A stretch of 64,000 nt of DNA from Octopus vulgaris (lineage: Eukaryota), in NCBI GenBank assembly GCA_951406725.2, contig OX597842.1, positions 1,860,001 through 1,924,000 of the forward strand, in the 5' to 3' direction. The notes beneath the pieces are model-generated. The model was not told the origin of the DNA. It did not search any database and worked only from the letters and a program-made list of their open reading frames with translations. Position 1 is the stretch's first letter. Each line of letters opens with the position of its first letter. The position numbers were made by a program, and so were the translations under genes. Positions 1 through 12,984 of the stretch are shown here, piece after piece.

Positions 1-11
1 TCTTTTCCATT

Positions 12-326
12 TTACCCTATGTACATATAATGGTGTAGAAAGGGCAGGCTGGTATGCATGGACAACTGCTGGTCTTCCATAAACAACATTGCCTGGTCTT
101 GCGCCTCGGAGGGGAACTTTCTGGGTGCAACCCCATGGTCATTCATGACCGAAGGGGGTCTTTGCCCTTTACCCTATGTACATATAAGGGTATGGAGAAG
201 GGAGGCTGGTATCCATGGGTGACTGCTGGTCTTCCATAAACAACCTTGCCTGGACTTGTGCCTCGGAGGGGAACTTTCTAGGTGCAACCCCATGGTCACA
301 CACGACTGGAGAGGGGTCTTTATCCT
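12..326 (+). mobile_element. Two tandem 3' halves of SINE family E
   Basis: ~160-bp direct repeat ggctggtatgcatgg..cttccataaacaac..gggggtcttt; reverse complement at 10974-11725. Confidence 0.75.
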
Positions 327-599
327 TCTTCCTTCCTACATGTGTGTATGTGTTTTAGTAGGTATTGTTCTTTGAATAGATAGATTGCAACAGATTCTTC
401 ACTGCTGCCATTCTAACACTGTCTTTGACAAGAGTGCCACAAGATTGTCAGCCTCCTTCTGACATTTCTCACTTCTCTGATGCCACGTCAGAGTTTGGTC
501 CTGCATTTTAGCAGATTCTGGTGTTAATGGAATGCTAAAAGTTGGTCATAAATTCCTGTTGGCTGAAATTTTAGAAATTTTATGTAACAATAGTGTGAT

Positions 600-607
600 T
601 AGGTGTG

Positions 608-640
<33 letters not shown>

Positions 641-1557
641 ATGGGCATCTGTGGATATATGTATGTGGGTATGTGTGTATTTGTGCATAGATGTTATGTA
701 AATGTGTGTATACATGTATGTGTGTATAAATGTGTGTATGTGTTTATGTATATATACATGTGTTTGTGTATTGGCATATGTAGATATGTGTGTGTGTTTG
801 TGCATAAGTGTTATGTAAATGTGTCTATGTGTATTTTATGTATATATGTGTGTGTTTATATGTATGTATATATATGTGTCAATGTGTGTGATTATATGTA
901 TTTGATTATGTGTATAGTGTGTGTGTGTGTGTGTGTGTGAGAATATGTGTATATATGTGTCTGTATTGTGTGTGTATGTGTGACTGTATATAATGTATGT
1001 ACGTGTGCATATGTGTTTCTCTGTTTGTGTATATGCTAGTAGATATATTTGTGTGTGTATATATGTATGTAAATATGTGTAGAGAGTATCTGTGTGTGTG
1101 TGTATGTGTATGTTCATATGGGTATATATATATGTGTGTGTGTGTGTGTGTATGTTCATATGGGTATATAAGCCATTAAATGTATGTACCTGTACATGTG
1201 TATGTATGTGTGTAAATGTGAAGGTGTGTTTGTTTGTCTATATTATGTGTGTATGGGTGTGTGTGTTTCTGCATGTGTGCGTTTACGTGTGTGTGTGTGT
1301 ATGTGGAAGTATGTTGTGTCTTTGTGAATATCAGGTAATGTATCTCTTCAATTATGTGAGTGTATGTGTTAATGGATGTGTGTGTCAGTGTGTGTGTCAG
1401 TGTGTGTGGCAGTGTGTCAGTGTGTGTATGTGTAAAAAGATCAGTGTGAGAGAGATCTGTGTGTGTATATGTATACCCCTGTCTTTTTGAGTGTGTTTAT
1501 CTCTGCTTGAGTGTGTGTATGAGGTGATTTTTAGAGAGAGAGAGAGAGAGAGAGAGA

Positions 1558-1602
<45 letters not shown>

Positions 1603-2303
1603 TGTGTATGCATGTGTGAGTATAGACTTGCCTAGGTATGCGTATGCAAAGGTATATTTCTGTATTGTATTGCTTCTATGTGAGTATTACACAGTGTATG
1701 GAAGTATTAATTCTGAAGTATGTCTGTGCATGTGTGTATACATAAGAATATATGTATGAATGTATGTATGCATGCGTATGTATGTATACATATGCTTGTG
1801 TATGCTTATGTGTGTATTTATGTACATCAGTGTACACACACATACCTTTATATATAAGTATATAAAGGTGTGTGTGCATACAGTTATATTCATAAATATA
1901 CACTTAAGCATACACAAGAATATATATATATATACATACACACAGACACACATGCATATACACTCAAAATTGCAAGTATGTGTGTGTGTATATATATATA
2001 TATATTTATATATACACACACACATGTATATGTGTACATTGTGTATAAGAAGGAGTTTACATCTGTGGCTTTTTATGTGTACATTTCTCTATTTATATAT
2101 ATGTGTATATATATGTATATATATACATGTGTGTATATATGTGTATATCGGAAACTGCATCAGCTAAACATATGCACATGTGCACTCACATATTAATGTC
2201 TGTGCGTGAATATATATATATAAGTATATGCATACATACACCCTGTAAATGAATAAATAATTTGAATGTGTCTATGCATGTATGTATGTATATATATATA
2301 TAT

Positions 2304-2346
<43 letters not shown>

Positions 2347-2357
2347 TATATACTTAC

Positions 2358-2406
<49 letters not shown>

Positions 2407-2430
2407 CACACATATATATATATATATATG

Positions 2431-2463
<33 letters not shown>

Positions 2464-2682
2464 AATATATATATACTTAATATATATATATACATATATA
2501 TATATTAAGATAAATGTCATACACCTGTGTATATTAATTTTTAAATATATAAGCCTACAAATGTCTGTGTGTGTGTATTTCTGTCTGCATGGGTGTGTGC
2601 ATCTGTGTGTATCTGTACCTGCATGTGTGTGTGTGTGTTGCCAATTTCCATTAATATATACATATATACATATACATACATA

Positions 2683-2713
<31 letters not shown>

Positions 2714-2828
2714 GTATGTATATATATGTGTGTGTATATATTCACTATATATGTAGGTATAGTTCAATATATATGTATATATATATATATATCAGTGTGT
2801 GGGGGTATGTATGTGTATATGGGTATAT

Positions 2829-2862
<34 letters not shown>

Positions 2863-2870
2863 TGTGAGCG
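600..2870. repeat. Degenerate (TG/TA/CA)n microsatellite field
   Basis: Direct inspection; similar fields at 7280-7582, 12600-13320, 29250-29890, 35700-36510, 47320-48070, 56450-56870, 60130-61960. Confidence 0.95.
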
Positions 2871-3142
2871 TAATGTACAGTTATATACAACACCTACACC
2901 CATAATTTAAACACATCAAGAACCATATCCTCAGGACATTGATCCATCATTTTACCATAATTTTATGTCTCCTTCCATTTACTCTAGCATTGAGATTTGA
3001 AAGTATCATTACCCACAACACACACATAGCCAGACACACTTACACAAACGCATATATATATACATGTGTGTGTGTGTATATATATATATATATTTGTATG
3101 TATGTAATATTCAGGTAGGAAATTGCTATAGCGATCACTTAC

Positions 3143-3192
3143 AACACATTGTGCTGTGCAACACTCTCTGTCAACAGCACATGTGACACCAT
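3143..3192 (-). CDS. Candidate alternative first coding exon MVSHVLLTESVAQHNV
   Basis: cacATGG start, open to GTT|gtaagt donor in phase 2; unique island. Short, so could be chance. Confidence 0.2.
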
Positions 3193-3323
3193 GTGTAATT
3201 TGTCACATAAATTTCAATGGTTTGAATAGTATAAAACTACTTTGAATTGCAGAAGAGTGAAAAGGATTATGGGAGCTGCAAGAGTGCATCATAACTGTAA
3301 ATGTGTGTGTGCAAGTGTGTGTG

Positions 3324-3395
<72 letters not shown>

Positions 3396-3557
3396 TACTT
3401 CTGTATTCTATGCAAGGTAAACCTGTTTCTGCTATGTTCATTGCATTGAGCATGTGTGTCTTAATAGTGAGCTACTGGTGGTTTGTGAGTAATCGCTCTG
3501 ATTATAGCAAGTGGTATTTAAATACCCTACTGAATCTAAATTTAGCTTATAGTTTTG

Positions 3558-3588
<31 letters not shown>

Positions 3589-3590
<2 letters not shown>

Positions 3591-3887
3591 TGTGACTGAC
3601 CAGGCTATCAGATGTTGCTACACATCGCTGGTCACAATACGCTTCGCATTGTTTTAGCCTTCAAATGACGCCATCCCGCTGGCTAAGCGAGCAGGCCAAC
3701 AGAAGAAAGAGTGAGAGAAAGTTGTGGCGAAAGAGTACAGCAGGGATCGCCACCGCCCCCTGCTGGAGCCTCGTGGAGCTTTAGGTGTTTTTGCTCAATA
3801 AACACTCATGACGCCCGGTCTGGGAATTGAAACTGCGATTCTACGACCATGAGTCCGCTGCCGTAACCACTGGGCCATTGCGCCTCC
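3589..3887 (-). mobile_element. tRNA-derived SINE family B, tail type 1
   Basis: Head ggaggcgcaatggcccagtggtt..., matches the 38746 copy. Confidence 0.85.
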
Positions 3888-3901
3888 TCTCTCTCTCTCT
3901 C

Positions 3902-3938
<37 letters not shown>

Positions 3939-4156
3939 TGTCCTGTACACACGTATATATATTTATATATGCATGTATATATACATGTAGATGTAGGTAT
4001 GTACATATATGTCTGTATGTATGCATATATTTTATTTATTACACTATTGTATGACTGAGCGCCTTCGCGTCGATTCGATTCGATTCGTTTGGTTTCGTTT
4101 CTTCTTCTCTAAGCTGGTTTATATATATATATATATATACATATATATACACACAC

Positions 4157-4187
<31 letters not shown>

Positions 4188-4188
<1 letters not shown>

Positions 4189-4708
4189 CGTAAATCCTCG
4201 AGTATAATCCACATTTTTTCCCCAAATTTAAAGGTCAAAATCCCTAGTGCGTATTATATACGAGGTTAAAAATGAAAATTATTTTCTAAACAATGTCCGA
4301 GTCTCTATTTGCTGTCCAGCAATGTTTATTCAGACACATTTTGTGATGTCGGGCGTGAAAATACCTTAAGCTAAGCCTGAAAGCAATAAAGTCATAAAAG
4401 AATCATCCATAACTTGCAGTAAGCAACATTTATTAAAATAAAAGTATTCAAAACACAGAATAACATGTAACAAAAACAATTTGCAAACATATTTACATTC
4501 CCATATAACAGTTAAGAACATCACTATTTTAGTATTACGCATGCGTGGAAGTGTTTGTTCGACTAGGTGCTGCTGGCTTAATTACGCACAACACGAGTTA
4601 GAGAAGGGGTGTGTATTATACCCAAGATTTAGGCTTTTCAGAGGTACAGCCCCCTAAAAATCTCCTGCGTATTATACTCAAGGGCGGACTATACTCAAGG
4701 ATTTACGG
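4188..4708. mobile_element. Tc2/pogo-like MITE
   Basis: TIRs CCGTAAATCCTCGAGTATAATCC / GGACTATACTCAAGGATTTACGG, TA on the right, internal sub-terminal gcgtattata repeats, no ORF. Confidence 0.8.
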
Positions 4709-4941
4709 TACACACATAATAGAAAATTACAATTTGTAAATCTCTCAATGAGAAACATTCAGTAACAGTACTCTAGAGTAAAGATTATTTGCCAACATAG
4801 TGTGGCAGTATTGGTTAGGACAAATGCTACTGCTATTTATCCCCAGGAAACATTGTCTCCAGTTGGTTATAAGACACATGATCTGTGTCCTTATATTTTC
4901 AAACAAGGGAGTTGAGCATCCCCACGTAGCACAAAACAATA

Positions 4942-4986
4942 TCTGTGTATCGTGATTTCAGGGTTATTTCCCTTCATCAGCACAGA
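4942..4986 (-). ncRNA. Minimal type I hammerhead ribozyme, intact core
   Basis: Minus strand tctgtg-CTGATGA-aggg aaataa ccct-GAAA-tcacga-TA-cacaga: 6-bp stem I, 4-bp stem II, short stem III, AUA cleavage triplet. Confidence 0.8.
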
Positions 4987-5013
4987 ATAACTGTTTGGCT
5001 AGAGGTGGCGCTG

Positions 5014-5056
<43 letters not shown>

Positions 5057-5061
<5 letters not shown>

Positions 5062-5586
5062 ACAAAGGGTAAAATTAATTAATTAAGAAGTAATCAATAA
5101 TTTCACCAAGTAGAATTTGGCATGAAAAAAGGACCATCTCACGGTGAACTTAAGTAATACTTAATAATTAGGGTTCAATAAAGATTTGCTTTACCACATA
5201 CCAAAGTTTAGAAATAGTAGCCAAAAACCTTAGCTATTTCTTCTACTTTAAAAAGGGTCTCCCAGAAAAACCAAAATACTTGAAAACAATTCACACAGGC
5301 AGAGAGGAAGAAGTAACGAAAATCAATCAATATCTGGTCATCCATGGATGCGCGTTTCGGAATTAGATCGGTATAAAGAATATAGAATTATACTTTACCC
5401 AACCATCTTCCTCATCAGCATGGCACTCCAGCAGTAATTAAATATTGAAATATTTGTTTTTAAGTATTTTGGTTTCTCTGGGAGTCCCTTTTTAAAGTAG
5501 AAGGTTTTTAAAGCTAAGGTTTTTGGCTGCTATTTCTAAACTTTGGTATGTGGTAAAGCAAATCTTTGCTGAACCCTAATTATTAA

Positions 5587-5590
<4 letters not shown>
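5057..5590 (-). mobile_element. Penelope-like (PLE) terminal remnant, fold-back type
   Basis: (TA)n on both sides; ~135-bp inverted arms 5157-5289 / 5454-5590; hammerhead in the loop; unpaired tail 5057-5156. Confidence 0.7.
5342..5424 (-). ncRNA. Type I hammerhead ribozyme with long stem II, near-intact
   Basis: ccatg-CTGATGA-ggaa...ttcc-GAAA-cgcgc-ATC-catgg; mismatch at 15.2/16.2 (probably from GTC). Confidence 0.7.
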
Positions 5591-5620
<30 letters not shown>

Positions 5621-5625
<5 letters not shown>

Positions 5626-5948
5626 CGCATATTTGCCATTTGAATATGGCTAACCCCTAAGGGTGGATGCTACTGTAGTTTGTAGCCCCAGGAAGATACC
5701 TCCTCCAGCTGGCTATCGACACACTATCTGTGCCCTATCAGTATTTGTGAAGGGAAGTCATCCTTCCCGTCTTCAACTCATGATACACACGGACTCGAGT
5801 TTCAAGGTGTTTACCTATCATCAGCGTGTGACAATCGTAGTTGTCGACGAGAATTCAGTTTCCCTCACAAATACATATACTTTTTCCAGTGTCGATTGAC
5901 ACTGATATTGAAAAAGTGAAATCAAACAATGATAAATCTCAGAGCGAG

Positions 5949-5950
<2 letters not shown>
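5621..5950 (-). mobile_element. PLE-like remnant carrying a hammerhead
   Basis: Unique 330-bp insert between two pure (TA)n tracts, with a hammerhead at 5786-5830. Confidence 0.6.
5786..5830 (-). ncRNA. Minimal type I hammerhead ribozyme, intact core, GUC site
   Basis: cacacg-CTGATGA-t aggt aaac acct t-GAAA-ctcgag-TC-cgtgtg: 6-bp stem I, palindromic stem III, U-U at 10.1/11.1. Confidence 0.8.
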
Positions 5951-5987
<37 letters not shown>

Positions 5988-6118
5988 AATGTTAGATCCA
6001 TGGATCAATGTATAGGATGTTAGTAAGCTTCAAGCAATTTGTTGAAGGTATAAGAAAAAGCTTTCAGGAACGATTGTGGTTTATTGGCATGGAAGGTTGT
6101 TGATTTTTCCCATATCGA

Positions 6119-6535
6119 CTCTTTTATTCTTTTATTTGTTTCAGTCATTTGACTGCGGCCATGCTGGAGCACCACCTTTAGTCGAGCAAATCAATCCCAG
6201 GAGTTATTCTTTGTAAGCCTAGTACTTATTCTATCGGTTGCTTTTTGCTGAACCGCTAGGTGACGGGGATGTAAACACACCAGCATCGGTTGTCAAGCGA
6301 TGTTGGGGGCACAAACGCAGACATACAAACACACAAACACACACACACACACACATATATATGTGCATATATACAATGGGCTTCTTTCAGTTTCCGCCTA
6401 CCAAATTCACTCACAAGGTTTTCGTCAGCCCGAGGCTATAGTAGAAGACACTTGCCCAAGGTGTCACGCAGTGGGTCTGAACCCAGAACCATGTGGTTGT
6501 AAGCAAGCTCCTTACCACACAGCCACTCCTGTGCC
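6119..6535 (-). mobile_element. SINE family A (older copy at 6871-7255)
   Basis: Reverse complement of the 46080 copy. Confidence 0.85.
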
Positions 6536-7549
6536 TATATGTTTGATAATCTGATAAAAATTATTCAATTGCTTATAGTTAGCAGGTGGGGATGTTGTAT
6601 ATGCAAATAAAAGTCCCAAATTAGGGAATGGAGCAGGTAGAATCCAGGCTGCATATATTTCATAGAAGAACCTCAGAAGTAGTAATTAGCCAAATGAGGA
6701 GCAATCTGCTCGTTACTTGTTGGGCCAAAGATACCTTCGTCAAACAAAGTTTACATTGTCATCAAGGGATCCGATATTAACTCGCAGGAGAGTATATATG
6801 TGTGTGTGTGTGTATATGCATACTTTTGTATGTGTACATATGTGTTTATGCATACATGTAGATATATATCTATCATATCTTTTATCTTTTACCGGTTTCA
6901 GTTATTTCCTTGTGGCCATGCTGGAGCAAAACCTTGATGGGTTTAGTCGAACAAATCAACTCCAGAACCTATTTTTGAAATCTGGTACTTATTCTATCAG
7001 TAGCCTTTGCTGAACTGCATTGTTATGGGATGTAAACAAACCAAGAGTAGTTGTCAAGTGAAACATAGACAAACGCACATGCACTCACTCACACATACGC
7101 ATATGCATGCACACGTGTGGTGGACTTTGTTCAGTTCCTGTCTACTAAATCCATCACCAAGCTTCTGTTGGCCTGGGGCTGTAATGGAAGATGTTTGTCC
7201 AAGGTGCTATGCTATAGGATTGAACCTAAGACCACAAGGTTGGGAATTGAGCTTCGTACTATATGATATATAGATATCCCATATATATAGTATGAAGCAT
7301 ATATGTGTGTGTGTGTGTATGTATATATATGTGTTTATATGTGTATATATGTATATATATGTATATATATATATATGTATATATATGTGTATGTATATGT
7401 ATGTATATATATGCGTATGTATATATATATGTGTATATATATGTATATATATGTTTGTATATATATATATGTATATATACATGTATATATATATATATAT
7501 AATTATATATATGTATATATATGTGTGTATATATATATGTGTGTGTGTA

Positions 7550-7582
<33 letters not shown>

Positions 7583-7583
<1 letters not shown>

Positions 7584-9701
7584 AGTGAAAATCAATCAAA
7601 ATAGATGAACATCAATGGAATTTGTATCTTTGTGGTACCAGTGCCTGTGGCACACAAGAAAACCATCCGAACGTGGCCGTAGCCAGTACCGCATCGACTG
7701 GCCTCCGTGCTGTGGGAACATGGTGGCACATAAAAACACCATCCGAAGACCCGGCAAGACTAGTCAGGCCATAACCCATGGCCCCTACCTGGGACGTAGT
7801 CAGTCCACCTGTACATACCTTCCTTCTTGTGACACTTGTGAAGACCTGTTGAGGCAAGTGAAAATCAAATCAAATCAAAATAGATGAACATCAATGGAAT
7901 TTGTATCTTTGTGGTACCAGTGCCGGTGGCACACAAGAATCCATCCGAACGTGGCCGTAGTCAGTACCGCATCACTGGCCATCGTGCTGTGGGCACATAA
8001 CAAACACCATCCGATCGTGGCCGTTCGCCAGCCTCATCTAGCACCTGTGTCGGTGGCACATAAAAACACCATCCGAAGACCCGGCAAGACTAGTCAGGCC
8101 ATAACCCATGGCCCCTACCTGGGACGTAGTCAGTCCACCTGTGCATACCTTCCTCCTTGTGATACTTGTGAAGGCCTGTTGAGGCAAGTGAAAATCAAAA
8201 TCAAAATCAAAACAAATCAAAATAGATGAACATCAATGGAATCTGTATCTTTGTGGTACCAGTGCCGGTGGCACACAAGAGAACCATCCGAACGTGGCCG
8301 TAGCCAGTTCCGCATCGACCGGCCTCCGTGCTGTGGGCACATAACAAACACCATCCGATCATGGCCGTTCGCCAGCCTCATCTGGCACCTGTGTCGGTGG
8401 CACATAAAAACACCTTCCGAAGACCCGGCAAGACTAGTCAGTCCACCTGTGCATACCTTCCTTCTTGTGACACTTGTGAAGACCGGTTGAGGCAAGTGAA
8501 AATCAAATCAAATCAAATCAAAATAGATGAACATCAATGGAATTTGTATCTTTGTGGTACCAGTGCCTGTGGCACACAAGAAATCCATCCGAACGTGGCC
8601 GTAGTCAGTACCGCATCGACTGGCCATTGTGCTGTGGGCACATAACAAACACCATTCGATCGTGGCCGTTCGCCAGCCTCATCTAGCACCTGTGTCGGTG
8701 GCACATAAAAACACCATCCGAAGACCCGGCAAGACTAGTCAGGCCATATCCCATGGCCCCTACCTGGGACGTAGTCAGTCCACCTGTGCATACCTTCCTC
8801 CTTGTGATACTTGTGAAGGCCTGTTGAGGCAAGTGAAAATCAAAATGAAATCAAAACAAATCAAATCAAATCAAATCAAAACAAATCAAAATAGATGAAC
8901 ATTAATGGTACCAGTGCCGGTGGCACACAAGAAAACCATCCGAACATGGCCGTAGCCAGTACCGCACCGACTGGCCTCCGTGCTGTGGGCACGTAACAAA
9001 CAACATCCGATCGTGGCCGTTTGCCAGCCTCATCTGGCACCTGTGTCGGTGGCACATAAAAACACCATCCGAAGACCTGGCAAGACTAGTCAGGCCATAA
9101 CCTGTGGCCCCTACCTGGGACGTAGTCAGTCCACCTGTGCATACCTTCCTTCTTGTGACACTTGTGAAGACCTGTTGAGGCAAGTGAAAATCAAAACAAA
9201 TCAAAATAGATGAACATCAATGGAATTTGTATCTTTGTGGTACCAGTGCCGGTGGCACGTGGCACACAAGAAAACCATCCGAACATGGCCGTAGCCAGTA
9301 CCGCATCGACTGGCCTCCGTGCTGTGGGCACGTAACAAACACCATCCGATCGTGGCCGTTTGCCAGCCTCATCTGGCACCTGTGTCGGTGGCGCATAAAA
9401 ACACCATCCGAGCGTGGCCGTCTGCCAGCCTCGTCTGGCACCTGTGTCGGTGGCACATAAAAAGCACCATCCGAGCGTGGCCGTTTGCCAGCCTCGTCTG
9501 GCACCTGTGTCGGTGGCACATAAAATCACCCACTACACTCTCAGAGTGGTTGGTGTTAGGAAGGGCATCCAGCTGTAGAAACACTGCCAGATCTGACTGG
9601 ACTGGTGCAGCTTTCAGGCTCCCCAGACCCCAGTTGAACCGTCCAACCCATGCTAGCATGGAAAGCGGACGTTAAATGATGATGATGATGATGATGATGA
9701 T
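7583..9701 (+). repeat. Tandem array of ~273-351-bp units ending in the family D retroposon 3' end
   Basis: Units start aagtgaaaatc at 7583, 7856, 8186, 8494, 8831, 9182; terminal ggttggtgttaggaagggcatccagctgtag...ggacgttaaa(tga)n. Confidence 0.9.
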
Positions 9702-10059
9702 GTGTGTGTTTTGAGCTTACAGCTTACATAAGCATTTTCAGGGTGATCGAAGCACCTCACATTCAGGGTCAGACAGAGGTGAACATCAACAATAAACAGC
9801 ATATTCATACATATTTATACAGGCCAAAAGTAATAGACATCAAAATAGCAGCATACACAAGGAAATGGAGATTAAAGATGATGATCTGACCAGGGATTAT
9901 TCAAATTCATATCGACGCCTCTGATGAGAGTCCAATAAGATTAGAAAACCAATCAAGGCTGCCCATTGCTTTTTAATGGTAATGCTCCAGCATGGCTATG
10001 GTTCTTGAGCTGATGCTACTAAGGAGTAAAAAGATATATATACATGCAGGTTTGACTGT

Positions 10060-10546
10060 GGGGTGAGAAGTTTGCTCACGGGCACAACACATCAGAAGAC
10101 AACTACAACCACAAATTTTCTGTTTCTAACAATTCGTATATGGTCCCTATCTGAAAGTTTTGGTTTGTTTGCAGAGTTTTGTTTCGACAAGGAGGTTTTT
10201 CCCTCTTTCTTAAAGGCTGTCATTATTTTCAAGACAGTACTTCTTGATACATCAAACATTTCAGCTGTCTTCGTTATGCTAGCACCTGCCATACGAGCAC
10301 CAACAATTTGACCTCTTTACTCTTTTTTTTACTCTTTTTACTTGTTTCAATCACTTTGACTGCGGCCATGCTGGAGCACCGCCTTTAGTCAAGCAACTCG
10401 ACCCTGGGACTTATTCTTTGTAAGTCCAGTACTTATTCTATCGGTATCTTTTGCCGAACCGCTAAGTGACGGGGACATAAACACACCAGCATTGGTTGTC
10501 AAGCAATACTAGGGGGACAAACACAGACACACAAACACACACACAC

Positions 10547-10602
<56 letters not shown>

Positions 10603-10958
10603 ACGACAGGCTTCTTTCAGTTTCCGTCTACCAAATCCACTCACAAGACCTTGGTCAGCCCGAGGCTATAGTAGAAACATTTGCCCAAGGTGCCACGCAG
10701 TGGGACTGAACCCGGAACCATGTGGTTGGTAAGCAAGCTATTTACCACACAGCCAGATCTGTCATTTTAATGAATTTTAATCACCTTTTCCCAACGATAT
10801 CTGAAAAGAAACACCAATTTTAGCAAAACACATCAAGCAACACTAATAATAAATTTAAAAAAACCCTAAAAATAAACAAGCTTTTGATGGTTATATAGAT
10901 ATTTTCAAATTTGTGATGCTATGATGCTCTGTGTTTCCATTATTTTGTCCAACCCCTG
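10060..10958 (-). mobile_element. Tc1 transposon 5' remnant interrupted by a SINE
   Basis: TIR TA-CAGGGGTTGGACAAAATAATGGAAACAC at 10958; transposase N-terminal HTH (RGQIVGARMAGASITKTAEMFDVSRSTV...KPKLSDRD); start MTDL at 10766 is separated by the SINE at 10319-10755. Confidence 0.85.
10319..10755 (-). mobile_element. SINE family A inserted in Tc1
   Basis: Reverse complement of the 46080 copy. Confidence 0.85.
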
Positions 10959-10973
10959 TATATATATTTATTT

Positions 10974-11725
10974 AGGACCCTTTTTGGTCATGAATGAGCA
11001 TGGTGTTGCATCTAAAAAGTTTCCCTCTGAGGCACAAGGTTGTTTTATGGAAGACCAGCAGTCACCCATGCATATCAGCCTCTCCTCCCCATGCCACTGA
11101 TGTTCAAAGGAAAGACAAAGGCTGATACAGCTTCGTACCAGTTGATGTTACAACTCATTTCTACCACTGAATGAATTGGAGCAACGTGAAATAAAGAGTC
11201 TTGTTCAAGAGCACAACATGCAGCCCAGACCAAGAATTGAACACACAAACTCACTATTGTAAATGTGATGCTCTAACCACTGAGTCATTCACCTCCACAT
11301 ATTTGTATATAAGGTAAAGATCCCCTTTGGTCAAAAATGGCCATGGGATTACGCCTAGAAAGTTCCCCTCCAAGGCACAATTCCAGGCAAGGTTGTTTAT
11401 GGAAGACCAACAGTTGCCCAAACATACCAGCTGTCCCTTTCCATGCTATTATATGTATATAGGGTAAAAGGGTAAAGACCCCCTTCAGTAATGAATGACC
11501 AAGGGATTGCACCAATGATGTTTCCCTTCAATGTACAAGTCTGGGTAAGGTTTGTTTATGGAAGGCTTACAGTCCTCCATGCATACCAGCCTCCCGTCTC
11601 CATGCCAACGATGTTATCCAAGGGAAAGGCAAAGGCCAATACAGCTGAGTGAACTGGAGCAACGTGAAATAAAGTGTCTTGCTCAAGAACACAGCACACA
11701 GCCTGGCTCAGGAATTGAACTTACT
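10974..11725 (-). mobile_element. Three SINE family E copies or fragments
   Basis: tRNA-like head (tgactcagtggttagagc, gttcaattc) and ttgagcaagacactttatttcacgttgctccag core. Confidence 0.75.
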
Positions 11726-11765
11726 CTTTCCCTGCTAACTAATTGGAACACAAGCATAGAATATA

Positions 11766-12165
11766 CTCTCTTTTTCTTTTACTCTCTTTTACTTATTTCA
11801 GTCATTTGACTGTGGCCATGCTGGAGCACCGCCTTTAGTCGAGCAAATCGACCCCGAAACTTATTCTTTGTAAGCCCAGTACTTATTCTATTGATCTCTT
11901 TTGCTGAACCGCTAAGTGACGGGGATGTAAACACACCAGCATCGGTTGTCAAGCAATGCTAGGGGGACAAACACAGACACACATACATGTATATATATAT
12001 ATACGACAGGCTTCTTTCAGTTTCCGTCTACCAAATCCACTCACAAGGCATTGGTCGGCCCGAGGCTATAGCAGAAGACACTTGCCCAAAATGCCACGCA
12101 ATGGGACTGAACCTGGAACCATGTGGTTGGTTAGCAAGCTACTTACCACACAGCCACTCCTGTGC
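11766..12165 (-). mobile_element. SINE family A
   Basis: Reverse complement of the 46080 copy. Confidence 0.85.
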
Positions 12166-12829
12166 ATATGTACACTTAAATCTGACCCTAGTCTTTGCGT
12201 CCTTTTAACTGAAATACAACCCTGAACATTCCTTCCAGTTTCTGCACCCATTTAGGGACCTCTATGTAGATTCTGGAATATATCAATTCATCAAAACCAA
12301 CATCATCATCAGCAACAAGAACATCATTTTCCAGCTTTCTAGTACGGAGATTTATCTTGCGATTCAACGTGGGAAAAATAATTGCTGAACCTTTTGCACT
12401 GAGGACTCCAGATTATTTTAAAATTAGGCTGCTCTCGCCCGTGGAATTTTTATTTCTTTAATCGTTCATCAAAACTAAATTTTCGGATTAGGTTGGCACC
12501 ATAAAGGAGATTTTCAAAGACTGCTAGTCTTTTATTCCTCTGTCATGGTGTGGACCAATATACTAACCTTATACATATAAAAAAAAATCACACTCTTATG
12601 ACCATACAGTCACATGCCTGCCTGCCTTCATACATGCATATACATACATACCAAAATACATATATATATATACACACACATACATACTTACAGAGATTTA
12701 TGTACATACACACCATACATACACATGCAGAGAGAGACATAAATATATAGGTAGATATATTAATATATATGTATATATATATAAATATATAGAGAGAGAT
12801 CTAATACTAAATATGTGTATATATGTATG

Positions 12830-12873
<44 letters not shown>

Positions 12874-12934
12874 GTGTGTGTTTGTGTCTATATATATGTG
12901 TGCATATATATATATATATATGTGTGCATATATA

Positions 12935-12984
<50 letters not shown>

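Noticed and set aside
7755-7810. HDV-like ribozyme fold (minus strand) in the tandem unit
   Set aside because: P2, P3 and P4-like helices exist but there is no P1 partner strand.
7846-7870. CTGTTGA-ggcaagt-GAAA as a hammerhead in the tandem unit
   Set aside because: A6 missing and stems I and III cannot form; cacttg/caagtg hairpin explains it.
7583-9525. CRISPR-like array or repeat protein
   Set aside because: Whole units repeat with no unique spacers; indels shift frames; eukaryotic context with no cas genes.
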